Shown in pieces: positions 1-8,338 of a DNA stretch of 64,000 nucleotides. Under the pieces are notes generated by a model, which saw only the letters and a list, made by a program, of their open reading frames with translations, was not told the origin of the DNA and searched no databases. A program made the position numbers and the translations under genes. The stretch is taken from positions 1-64,000 of the forward strand of contig JAXLNO010000219.1 of the NCBI GenBank assembly GCA_038087875.1, written 5' to 3'. Origin of the DNA: Malacoraja senta (lineage: Eukaryota). The number at the start of each line of letters is the position of its first letter. Within the stretch, counting starts at the first letter, position 1.

Positions 1-370
1 TTCTTTAAACCGTATGAAGGACAGAATTGGGAGGTGGAAGTGTTGGCACTCATTGAGGGAAAAGAGGGGGCTGCCAAATACACCAAAATACCAGCACAAT
101 TATGGAGAAGAACTGAATAAGTTGCTCCTTACATCACCCGAAAGGTGAACCACCCGGAAAAAGCTAAAGACCTAGGAATGATGGTAGGAATGGCAATAAC
201 CATGGCAGACCAGAATAATTACCAAAAGCAAAATTTTTCTGATCAATATGTTGTTGAATTTTATCGGACCCCAAGGACAGTTGTTACCCGCTTACGACAT
301 CATCTGGGGAGTGAGGTATGTGAGTATGTGGACCCTCAATTGTGGGTGGAGGACACAGCTCAGGTAGGAT
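1..370 (+). pseudogene. pol: ERV pol segment 1: pre-RT insert (2H-phosphoesterase-like) and RT N-terminus
   Basis: Frame 1 reads EGKEGAAKYTKIPAQLWRRTE*VAPYITRKVNHPEKAKDLGMMV...VDPQLWVEDTAQVG. It continues as CVNINPIQVAL after the 371-1219 insertion. In-frame TAA at 118-120. Confidence 0.7.
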
Positions 371-1219
371 CTCCGGAAGTGGCGGCGCTGTTGCACAGCT
401 GCAGCTCGCCTGCAGTCCGTCTGTTTTTACTTTTTTTGTTGTTTTCTTTTTGTCCTGTTTTAGTTAAATTTTAGTTTATTGGGTTGTGTATGTGTTGGGG
501 GGGGGGTGAAACATGATTTTTGTCTCTTCCTTCGGGGGAATGCGACTTTTTCTTGTCGTATCCCCCTTCTCTGCCTCCGTCTGCGCTGAGGCCAAAATGG
601 CGGAGCTGCCGGCCTCCAACTCCAACTGCGACCGACCGACCTCGAGGCTCCGGAGGCAGAGCCAGGACTTACCAGCGCGGGGCTGCCCGGCTTCGGGGCT
701 GCGGTGGCATTCCGGCGTTCCGGCGGTGGCGACCGAGGACACTGGTGGCGACCTGAATCCAGAGGCTCGGCCGCGGGCCCGGTGGACGACATCGTCGGGA
801 GCTCGCAGGTCACAGGTGGGTGACCTGTTTTTCTGGGGCTCCCGCAACTATAGCTACATCCGCTGGACTGGAGGGCGGCAGTTTCGGCCACCACGGGCCG
901 CGGAGTTTGAACCGGCCTGTCGTGGTGTGGAGCACGGATTCAGCCGCGGGACTGACTTACCATCACCCGGCGGGGTCACAACGTCAGAAGCCTGGATCGC
1001 CTCAGCGCAGAGGGAGAACAAAGAGGGAAGAGACAGAGACTTTAAGACTTTTGCCTCCATCACAGTGAGGAGATGCCTGGTGAACTCACTGTGGTGGATG
1101 TTAATTTGTGTTTACTGTGTGTTTTGTTAATAATTATATGTATGACTGCAGGCAACGAAATTTCGTTCAGACCGAAAGGTCTGAATGACAATAAAGGAAT
1201 CTAAGTCTGTCTAAGTCTA
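371..1219 (+). mobile_element. Non-autonomous SINE-like retroelement with a Rex1/Babar-type 3' tail
   Basis: AGGAT TSD at 366-370 and 1220-1224. GC-rich body. 3' stem-loop TTCAGACC-GAAA-GGTCTGAA, then TGACAATAAA and a (CTAAGT)-like tail. Related copies at ~22.0, 43.7, 58.2 and 63.6 kb. Confidence 0.75.
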
Positions 1220-1224
1220 AGGAT

Positions 1225-2353
1225 GTGTGAACATCAATCCCATCCAAGTAGCTCTCCAGAAAGGGATAAGACTTCCTTCAACAATATCCATTAAAATTAC
1301 AGGCCGTCAGCAGCATTTACAAATTATTGAAGTGCCAATCGATTTGTAACACCCCTATTCTTGCCGTTCCAAAGCCTGGAAAGGAGGGCCAATATAGACT
1401 TGTACAAGATCTGAGAGAAATCAACTCTGTTGTAGAACCGTTCGATGCCCTAGTGCCAAACCCTGATCATATCCAAACCCAAATACCGGCTGAAGCAAAA
1501 ATCTTCTCGATAGTCGACTTGCAACATGCATTCTTTTCTCTGCATCTTCACGAAGACAGCCAATACTTGTTTGCTTTCACATATAGGGGCCAGCAATACA
1601 CCTGGACCAGATTGCCTCAAGAATTTATCAATTTGCCTACTTTATTTTCCAGGTGTCTACAAGACCAATTGAGTACTTTAAAGTTAAAAATGAATTCAAC
1701 ATTAGTGCAGTGATGATTTGTTATCAGTGACCAGCAAAAATGAATCCAGTAATCGGAAAGATACTGCTCAACTACTAAACCATTTAGCTCCCAGTCAAAA
1801 ATACTGATGGCCCAGGAGAAAGTAAAATTTTTGGGAATTATCATTTTGGCAACCAAAAGAAGTCTAGAGAAAAGCAGACTTGAACCCATCTGCGAATTCC
1901 CAATTCCAAAAGAAGCCAAACGAATGAGGCAATGGCTTGGCATGGTCAATTACTGTAGATCTTGGATCCCTAACATAGCTCTGGAAACCAAGGAGCTAAC
2001 ACCCTGCAAGGAGGGTGAATTCAAATTAACAAAGAAAGCACAAGAAGCCTTTGAAAACTTAAAAAGATCACTGATGCAAGCCCCGGCGTTGGGAAGACCA
2101 TTATACGACCGACCTTTCCAGCTCTATTGCACCATTTTATCCGAATGCAACCAGTTCTGACTCAAAAACATGGGGATAGACATAGACCAGTTGCGTATTA
2201 CTCCCCTAAATTAGATCCGGTAGCCAGGGGACATCCACTTTGCACTCAAATTTTAACTGCAATATATAATAGTTTACAATCAGCTGCTAATTTGACACTC
2301 CAGCAGGAGATTGTAGTGTACAGTTCACATTCGGTATCGGCATTGTTGGGGGA
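1225..2353 (+). pseudogene. pol: ERV pol segment 2: reverse transcriptase and connection domain, with frameshifts
   Basis: CNTPILAVPK, YRLVQDLREIN, IVDLQHAFF, FAFTYRGQQYTWTRLPQ, KVKFLG, WLGMVNYCR and RPVAYYSPKLDPVARG. The YxDD motif is damaged near 1705-1720. Confidence 0.92.
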
Positions 2354-2367
2354 GCATTGTTGGGGGA

Positions 2368-2718
2368 CCTAACAGAGGTCCGAAAGCCGTTGGAGAGGTC
2401 GCTGAGGGAGGAGCTACAACCGAGCGGTAGGACTTAAAAAGGAGCGCGGGGGCTTGTTCCTAACAGAGGTCCGAAAGCCGTTGGAGAGGTCGCTGAGGGA
2501 GGAGCTACAACCGAGCGGTAGGACTTAAAAAGGAGCGCGGGGGCTTGTTCCTAACAGAGGTCCGAAAGCCGTTGGAGAGGTCGCTGAGGGAGGAGCTACA
2601 ACCGAGCGGTAGGACTTAAAAAGGAGCGCGGGGGCTTGTTCCTAACAGAGGTCCGAAAGCCGTTGGAGAGGTCGCTGAGGGAGGAGCTACAACCGAGCGG
2701 TAGGACTTAAAAAGGAGC
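2368..2718 (+). repeat. 91-bp tandem monomer array (~3.9 identical copies) at the CR1 5' end
   Basis: The unit CCTAACAGAGGTCCGAAAGCC...GGGGCTTGTT starts at 2368, 2459, 2550 and 2641. Confidence 0.95.
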
Positions 2719-2830
2719 CCAAATCGGCAACGTTCCACTTCAAAAACAAGTGGGTTTGAGGAAGCCGCTGATTGGTGGACGCAGATAAGAGAGAGCAGCT
2801 GATTGGGAGTCAGATCCCTGCTGATTGTAC

Positions 2831-2900
2831 TGTATTGTAGCAGTTTGTTTTGTATTGTAGCAGTTTGTTTTGTATTCTATCAGTTTGTTTTATATTCTAT
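2831..2900 (+). repeat. 20-bp tandem repeat (~3.5 copies) in the CR1 5' UTR
   Basis: TGTATTGTAGCAGTTTGTTT twice, followed by diverged copies. Confidence 0.85.
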
Positions 2901-2916
2901 CCAGGGTAAGGGGAGT

Positions 2917-3852
2917 ATGACGGCCAGGGCAGTTTACTGTTCTGGATGTCAGATGTGGGAAGTCATGGAGTCTGATAGCCCTCAAGACGTCCACATCTGC
3001 GCCAGGTGTATCGAGATGGGGCTCCTAATGGACCGTATTAGGAACCTGGAGCAGCAGCTCGATGACCTCCGTCTGGTCAGGGAGAGCGAGGAAGTCATTG
3101 AGAGGAGTTACAGGGATGTGGTCACTCCAACACCACAGGAGGCAGGCAAGTGGATCACGGTTGGGAGAGGCAAGGGGCACAGGCAGGGACTAGAGAGTAC
3201 CCCGGTGGCTGTACACCTTGACAATAAGTACTCCTGTTTGAGCACTGTTGGGGTGGACAGCCTACCTGGGGGTAGCGACAGCGGCCAGGCCTCCGGTATA
3301 GAGACCGGTCCTGTTGCTCAGAAGGGTAAGGAAAAGAAGAGGAGGGCAATATTAATAGGGGACTCTATAGTTAGGGGGTCAGACAGGCGATTCTGTGGAC
3401 GCAGTCGGGAGACCCGGATGGTAGTTTGCCTCCCTGGTGCCAGGGTCTGTGATGTGTCCCAACGTGTCCAAGACATCCTGAAAGGGCAGGGAGAGGAGCC
3501 CGAGGTCGTGATACATATAGGTACCAATGACATAGGTAAAAAAAGAGAAGAGGTCCTGAAAGGAGAATTTAGGGAGTTAGGAGGGGAGTTAAAGAGAAGG
3601 ACAGCAAAGGTAACAATCTCGGGATTACTGCCTGTACCACGCGACAGTGAGAGTAGGAATGGAGCGAGGTGGAGGATAAATGCGTGGCTGAAGGACTGGT
3701 GCAGAAGGCAGGGATTCAAATTTCTGGATCATTGGGACTTCTTTTGTGGAAGGTTCGACCTGTACAAAAAGGATGGGTTGCACTTGAACCTGAGGGGGAC
3801 CGATATCCTGGCGGGGAGATCTGCAAAGGCTACTGGGGAGACTTTAAACTAG
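2917..3852 (+). CDS. CR1 ORF1p: N-terminal zinc-finger-like motif, coiled coil and SGNH/GDSL esterase (311 aa)
   Basis: ATG at 2917. CSGC...HICARC, then IGDSIVRG, PGA, HIGTNDI and DGLHLN (SGNH blocks intact). Confidence 0.92.
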   Translation: MTARAVYCSGCQMWEVMESDSPQDVHICARCIEMGLLMDRIRNLEQQLDDLRLVRESEEVIERSYRDVVTPTPQEAGKWITVGRGKGHRQGLESTPVAVHLDNKYSCLSTVGVDSLPGGSDSGQASGIETGPVAQKGKEKKRRAILIGDSIVRGSDRRFCGRSRETRMVVCLPGARVCDVSQRVQDILKGQGEEPEVVIHIGTNDIGKKREEVLKGEFRELGGELKRRTAKVTISGLLPVPRDSESRNGARWRINAWLKDWCRRQGFKFLDHWDFFCGRFDLYKKDGLHLNLRGTDILAGRSAKATGETLN

Positions 3853-6800
3853 AATGGTTGGGGGGAGGGACTCAAATAGAGAAGGCTATTAGACAGTGTG
3901 TGAGGCAGGAGGCAGAGAAGGAAAGCACTCAGACCCAACATGTAGGGGGGAAAGAAGAAAACAATAATAAACAGAGAATAAGAGGTGGTGGGGTTCTTAA
4001 ATGGGTGAGCAGAGAAACAGAGGGGTGTAAAATGCGGGCGGAAGCAATAGGTAGCAAGGTGAAAGGTAAAAGTGGCAGGCAGACAAATCCAGGGCAAAAA
4101 TCAAAAAGAGCCACTTTTCAACATAATTGTATAAGGGGTAAGAGCGTTGTAAAAACAAGCCTGAAGGCTTTGTGTCTCAATGCAAGGAGCATTCGTAATA
4201 AGGTGGATGAGTTGAACGTGCAGATAGCAATTAATGATTATGATATAGTTGGGATCACGGAGACATGGCTCCAGGGTGACCAAGGCTGGGAGCTGAACAT
4301 CCAGGGATATTCAATATTCAGGAGGGATAGAGAGAAAGGAAAAGGAGGTGGGGTGGCGTTGCTGGTTAGAGAGGAGATTAACGCAGTGGAAAGGAAGGAC
4401 ATTAGCTTGGAGGATGTGGAATCGGTATGGGTAGAGCTGCGAAACACTAAGGGGCAGAAAACGCTGGTGGGCGTTGTGTACAGGCCACCTAGCAGTAGTA
4501 GTGAAGTTGGGGATGGCATCAAACAGGAAATTAGAAATGCGTGCAACAAAGGCAAAACAGTTATAATGGGTGACTTCAATCTACATATAGATTGGGTGAA
4601 TCAAATTGGCAGGGGTGCTGAGGAAGAGGATTTCTTGGAATGTATGAGGGATAGTTATCTAAACCAACATGTAGAGGAACCAACGAGAGAGCAGGCTATT
4701 CTAGACTGGGTATTGAGTAATGAGGAAGGGTTAGTTAGCAGACTTGTTGTGCGTGCCCCCTTGGGCAAGAGTGATCATAATATGGTTGAGTTCTTCATTA
4801 GGATGGAGAGTGACATTGTTAATTCAGAAACAACGGTTCTGAACTTAAAGAAAGGTAACTTTGAGGGTATGAGACGTGAATTGGCCAAGATTGACTGGCA
4901 ATTAGTTCTAAAAGGGTTGACGGTGGATATGCAATGGAAGGCATTTAAAGACTGCATGGATGAACTACAAAAATTGTTCATCCCAGTTTGGCAAAAGAAT
5001 AAATCAAGGAAGGTAGTGCATCCGTGGATAACAAGGGAAATCAGGGATAGTATCAAAGCAAAAGATGATGCGTACAAATTAGCCAGAAAAAGCAGCATAC
5101 CAGAGGACTGGGAGAAATTCAGAGACCAGCAGAGGAGGACAAAGGGCTTAATTAGGAAAGGGAAAATAGATTATGAAAGGAAACTGGCAGGGAACATAAA
5201 AACTGACTGCAAAAGTTTTTATAGATATGTGAAGAGAAAGAGATTAGTTAAATCAAATGTAGGTCCCTTGCAGTCAGAAACAGGTGAATTGATCATGGGG
5301 AACAAGGATATGGCAGACCAATTGAATAATTACTTTGGTTCCGTCTTCACTAAGGAAGACATAAATAATCTGCCGGAAATAGCAGGGGGCCGCGGGTCAA
5401 AGGAGATGGAGGAACTGAGTGAAATCCAGGTTAGTCGGGAAGTGGTGTTGGGTAAATTGAATGGATTAAAGGCCGATAAATCACCAGGGCCTGATAGGCT
5501 GCATCCCAGAGTACTTAAGGAAGTAGCTCCAGAAATAGTGGATGCATTAGTGATAATTTTTCAAAACTCTTTAGATTCTGGAGTAGTTCCTGAGGATTGG
5601 AGGGTAGCAAACGTAACCCCACTTTTTAAGAAGGGAGGGAGAGAGAAAACGGGGAATTACAGACCAGTTAGTCTAACATCGGTAGTGGGGAAACTGCTAG
5701 AGTCAGTTATTAAAGATGGGATAGCAGCACATTTGGAAAGTGGTGAAATCATTGGACAAAGTCAGCATGGATTTACGAAAGGTAAATCGTGTCTGACGAA
5801 TCTTATAGAATTTTTCGAGGATGTAACTAGTAGAGTGGATAGGGGAGAACCAGTGGATGTGTTGTATCTGGACTTTCAGAAGGCTTTCGACAAGGTACCA
5901 CATAAGAGATTAGGATACAAACTTAAATCACACGGTATTGGGGGTTCAGTATTGATGTGGATAGAGAACTGGCTGGCAAACAGGAAGCAAAGAGTAGGAG
6001 TAAACGGGTCCTTTTCACAATGGCAGGCAGTGACTAGTGGGGTACCACAAGGCTCAGTGCTGGGACCCCAGCTATTTACAATTTATATTAATGATCTGGA
6101 CGAGGGAATTGAAAGCAACATCTCCAAGTTTGCGGATGACACTAAGCTGGGGGGCAGTGTTAGCTGTGAGGAGGATGCTAGGAGACTGCAAGGTGACTTG
6201 GATAGGCTGGGTGAGTGGGCAAATGTTTGGCAGATGCAGTATAATGTGGATAAATGTGAGGTTATCCACTTTGGTAGCAAAAACGGGAAGGCAGACTATT
6301 ATCTAAATGGTGGCCGATTAGGAAATGGGGAGATGCAGCGAGACCTGGGTGTCATGGTACACCAGTCATTGAAAGTAGGCATGCAGGTGCAGCAGGCAGT
6401 GAAGAAAGCGAATGGTATGTTGGCCTTCATAGCAAGAGGATTTGAGTATAGGAGCAGCGAGGTTCTACTGCAGTTGTACAGGGTCTTGGTGAGACCACAC
6501 CTGGAGTATTGCGTACAGTTTTGGTCTCCAAATCTGAGGAAGGACATTATAGCCATAGAGGGAGTGCAGAGAAGGTTAACCAGACTGATTCCTGGGATGT
6601 CAGGACTTTCATATGAAGAAAGACTGGATAGACTTGGCTTATACTCGCTAGAATTTAGGAGATTGAGAGGGGATCTTATAGAAACGTACAAGATTCTTAT
6701 GGGGATGGACAGGCTAGATGCAGGAAGATTGTTCACGATGTTGGGGAAGTCCAGGACAAGGGGTCACAGCTTAAGGATAAGGGGGAAATCCTTTAAGACC

Positions 6801-6968
6801 GAGATGAGGAAAAACTTTTTCACACAGAGAGTGGTGAATCTCTGGAACTCTCTGCCACAGAGGGTAGTTGAGGCCAGTTCATTGGCTATATTTAAGAGGG
6901 AATTAGATGTGGCCCTTGTGGCTAAAGGGATCAGGGGGTATGGAGAGAAGGCAGGTACGGGATACTGA
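3669..6968 (+). CDS. CR1 ORF2p: AP endonuclease and reverse transcriptase; frame open for 1099 codons, first in-frame ATG at 4032, true start uncertain
   Basis: [69 protein letters not shown]. No stops. Confidence 0.95.
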   Translation: MEDKCVAEGLVQKAGIQISGSLGLLLWKVRPVQKGWVALEPEGDRYPGGEICKGYWGDFKLEWLGGGTQIEKAIRQCVRQEAEKESTQTQHVGGKEENNNKQRIRGGGVLKWVSRETEGCKMRAEAIGSKVKGKSGRQTNPGQKSKRATFQHNCIRGKSVVKTSLKALCLNARSIRNKVDELNVQIAINDYDIVGITETWLQGDQGWELNIQGYSIFRRDREKGKGGGVALLVREEINAVERKDISLEDVESVWVELRNTKGQKTLVGVVYRPPSSSSEVGDGIKQEIRNACNKGKTVIMGDFNLHIDWVNQIGRGAEEEDFLECMRDSYLNQHVEEPTREQAILDWVLSNEEGLVSRLVVRAPLGKSDHNMVEFFIRMESDIVNSETTVLNLKKGNFEGMRRELAKIDWQLVLKGLTVDMQWKAFKDCMDELQKLFIPVWQKNKSRKVVHPWITREIRDSIKAKDDAYKLARKSSIPEDWEKFRDQQRRTKGLIRKGKIDYERKLAGNIKTDCKSFYRYVKRKRLVKSNVGPLQSETGELIMGNKDMADQLNNYFGSVFTKEDINNLPEIAGGRGSKEMEELSEIQVSREVVLGKLNGLKADKSPGPDRLHPRVLKEVAPEIVDALVIIFQNSLDSGVVPEDWRVANVTPLFKKGGREKTGNYRPVSLTSVVGKLLESVIKDGIAAHLESGEIIGQSQHGFTKGKSCLTNLIEFFEDVTSRVDRGEPVDVLYLDFQKAFDKVPHKRLGYKLKSHGIGGSVLMWIENWLANRKQRVGVNGSFSQWQAVTSGVPQGSVLGPQLFTIYINDLDEGIESNISKFADDTKLGGSVSCEEDARRLQGDLDRLGEWANVWQMQYNVDKCEVIHFGSKNGKADYYLNGGRLGNGEMQRDLGVMVHQSLKVGMQVQQAVKKANGMLAFIARGFEYRSSEVLLQLYRVLVRPHLEYCVQFWSPNLRKDIIAIEGVQRRLTRLIPGMSGLSYEERLDRLGLYSLEFRRLRGDLIETYKILMGMDRLDAGRLFTMLGKSRTRGHSLRIRGKSFKTEMRKNFFTQRVVNLWNSLPQRVVEASSLAIFKRELDVALVAKGIRGYGEKAGTGY

Positions 6969-7065
6969 GTTGGATGATCAGCCATGATCGTATTGAATGG
7001 CGGTGCAGGCTCGAAGGGCCGAATGGCCTACTCCTGCACCTAATTTCTATGTATCTATGTATCTA

Positions 7066-8338
7066 AACCCAGCACTTAACAATGGCCCGCCAAAATAAGT
7101 GTGAGATCTATCTTTTGAACAACCCAAAACTGCAATTCAGACATTGTACATTGATTAACCCAGCCCCTTTTCTTATTTCACCCCCAGAAGAACAATCAGA
7201 AGCAGGACATGACTGTCTATTTGTGATAGAGGAGGAAACATCTGTCAGAGAGGACTTGAGGGATGCACCCTTAGAGGACTCTGACATCACCTTATATGTG
7301 GACGGGAGCGCATCTATTGGACCGTGGGGTGAGAGATTTTCTGGGTATGCAGTTGTTAATCAGAAAGCAGAAATTGTAGAAGCAGCCACCTTTGAGTCAC
7401 CTTATTCAGCACAGCAAGCTGAATTATTCGCTTTAATTCGGGCTTGTATTATTGGGGAAAATTTTAAAGTAAATATGTACACTGATTCTTGGTATGCATT
7501 TGGAGTGGTGCATGATTTTGGACAATTATGGAAAAATAGGGGATTTGTAACTTCCGCAGGGACCCAAATCTCAAATAAACAATTGGTGACAGATTTATTG
7601 AAGGCCTTAATGCCACCCAGACAAATTTCTGTTATGAAATGTAGCGCCCACGCTAGAGGACAGACTCCAGTAGATATCGGGAATCGTAATGCTGATGTGG
7701 TAGCCAAGAAAGTATCATGGAAACGTAAAATGATGGTACCAAAAATGATGAGGCAGACAAAGTATGTAACAAGTCCCCCTCGGAGAAACTGATGCCAACC
7801 ATCCAAGAAATTGTTCTATTACAGGAGGAGGCTACTGAAGAAGATAAGGAACGGTGGAGATAACTTGGGTCTGTACTGGATTGTATGACTGGACTGTGGA
7901 CCACTCCAGCAGGGCAGACCTGCATGACAGATTCATTGGCAGTATAGGTTATAGAGTGCATGCACTATGCAACCCATTGTGGTGCAAAGGCAGTAGGGGA
8001 CACTCTATTAGCTACTTGGTGGCATCCGAAACTACAAACATTAGCTCAGAAAGTAAGCAGTAATTGTTTGGTCTGCCAGAAATACAATCCAGGGAAAGGA
8101 ATAGGATGTGAAGGAGGGAAAACACCATTGCCTATGGGTCCGCGTGAGACACTGCAGATGGACTATATCGAATTAGAAAGGGGCCAGTGGTATAAATATG
8201 TACTTGTCATAGTCGATGTGTTCAGCCGGTGGGTCAAAGCTTACCCAACCCTTGATAACAAAGCGGCTACTGTTGTAAAGGTGTTAATGAGAGAAATTGT
8301 CCCTAGATTTGCTATTCCCATTCGACTTAGTTCAGATA
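7066..8338 (+). pseudogene. pol: ERV pol segment 3: RNase H and integrase N-terminal and core domains
   Basis: YVDGSA, SAQQAEL, YTDSWYAFGVVHDFG, KCSAH, GNRNAD; HHCC motif HYATH...CLVC; QMDYIEL, VDVFSRW, RLSSD. Confidence 0.92.

Larger units (their letters stand above)
2368..7065 (+). mobile_element. Full-length CR1 LINE with intact ORF1 and ORF2
   Basis: Tandem-repeat 5' UTR, esterase ORF1, APE-RT ORF2, 3' stem-loop (GGTGCAGG...CCTGCACC) and TTCTATGT-like tail. Confidence 0.95.

Noticed and set aside
460..1130. Overlapping ORFs of up to 205 aa
   Set aside because: They result from a GC-rich non-coding retroposon, show no domain motifs and are not preserved in sister copies. The same applies to ORFs at 43814-44410 and 58210-58736.
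2368..2458. Hammerhead or HDV ribozyme in the CR1 monomer
   Set aside because: CTGAGGGA and CGAAA are present but do not form a CUGANGA core with the right stems and order. No HDV-like fold could be traced by eye.
2368..2718. CRISPR-like array
   Set aside because: Units are identical head-to-tail 91-mers with no unique spacers, in a vertebrate LINE 5' UTR, with no cas genes.
4238..6985. Antisense ORFs within CR1 ORF2
   Set aside because: Shadow ORFs of the coding strand with no recognisable motifs.
8297..8338. ERV-Rex1 fusion protein
   Set aside because: The first 14 codons are ERV integrase sequence read out of frame with no ATG; this is a chance open junction.
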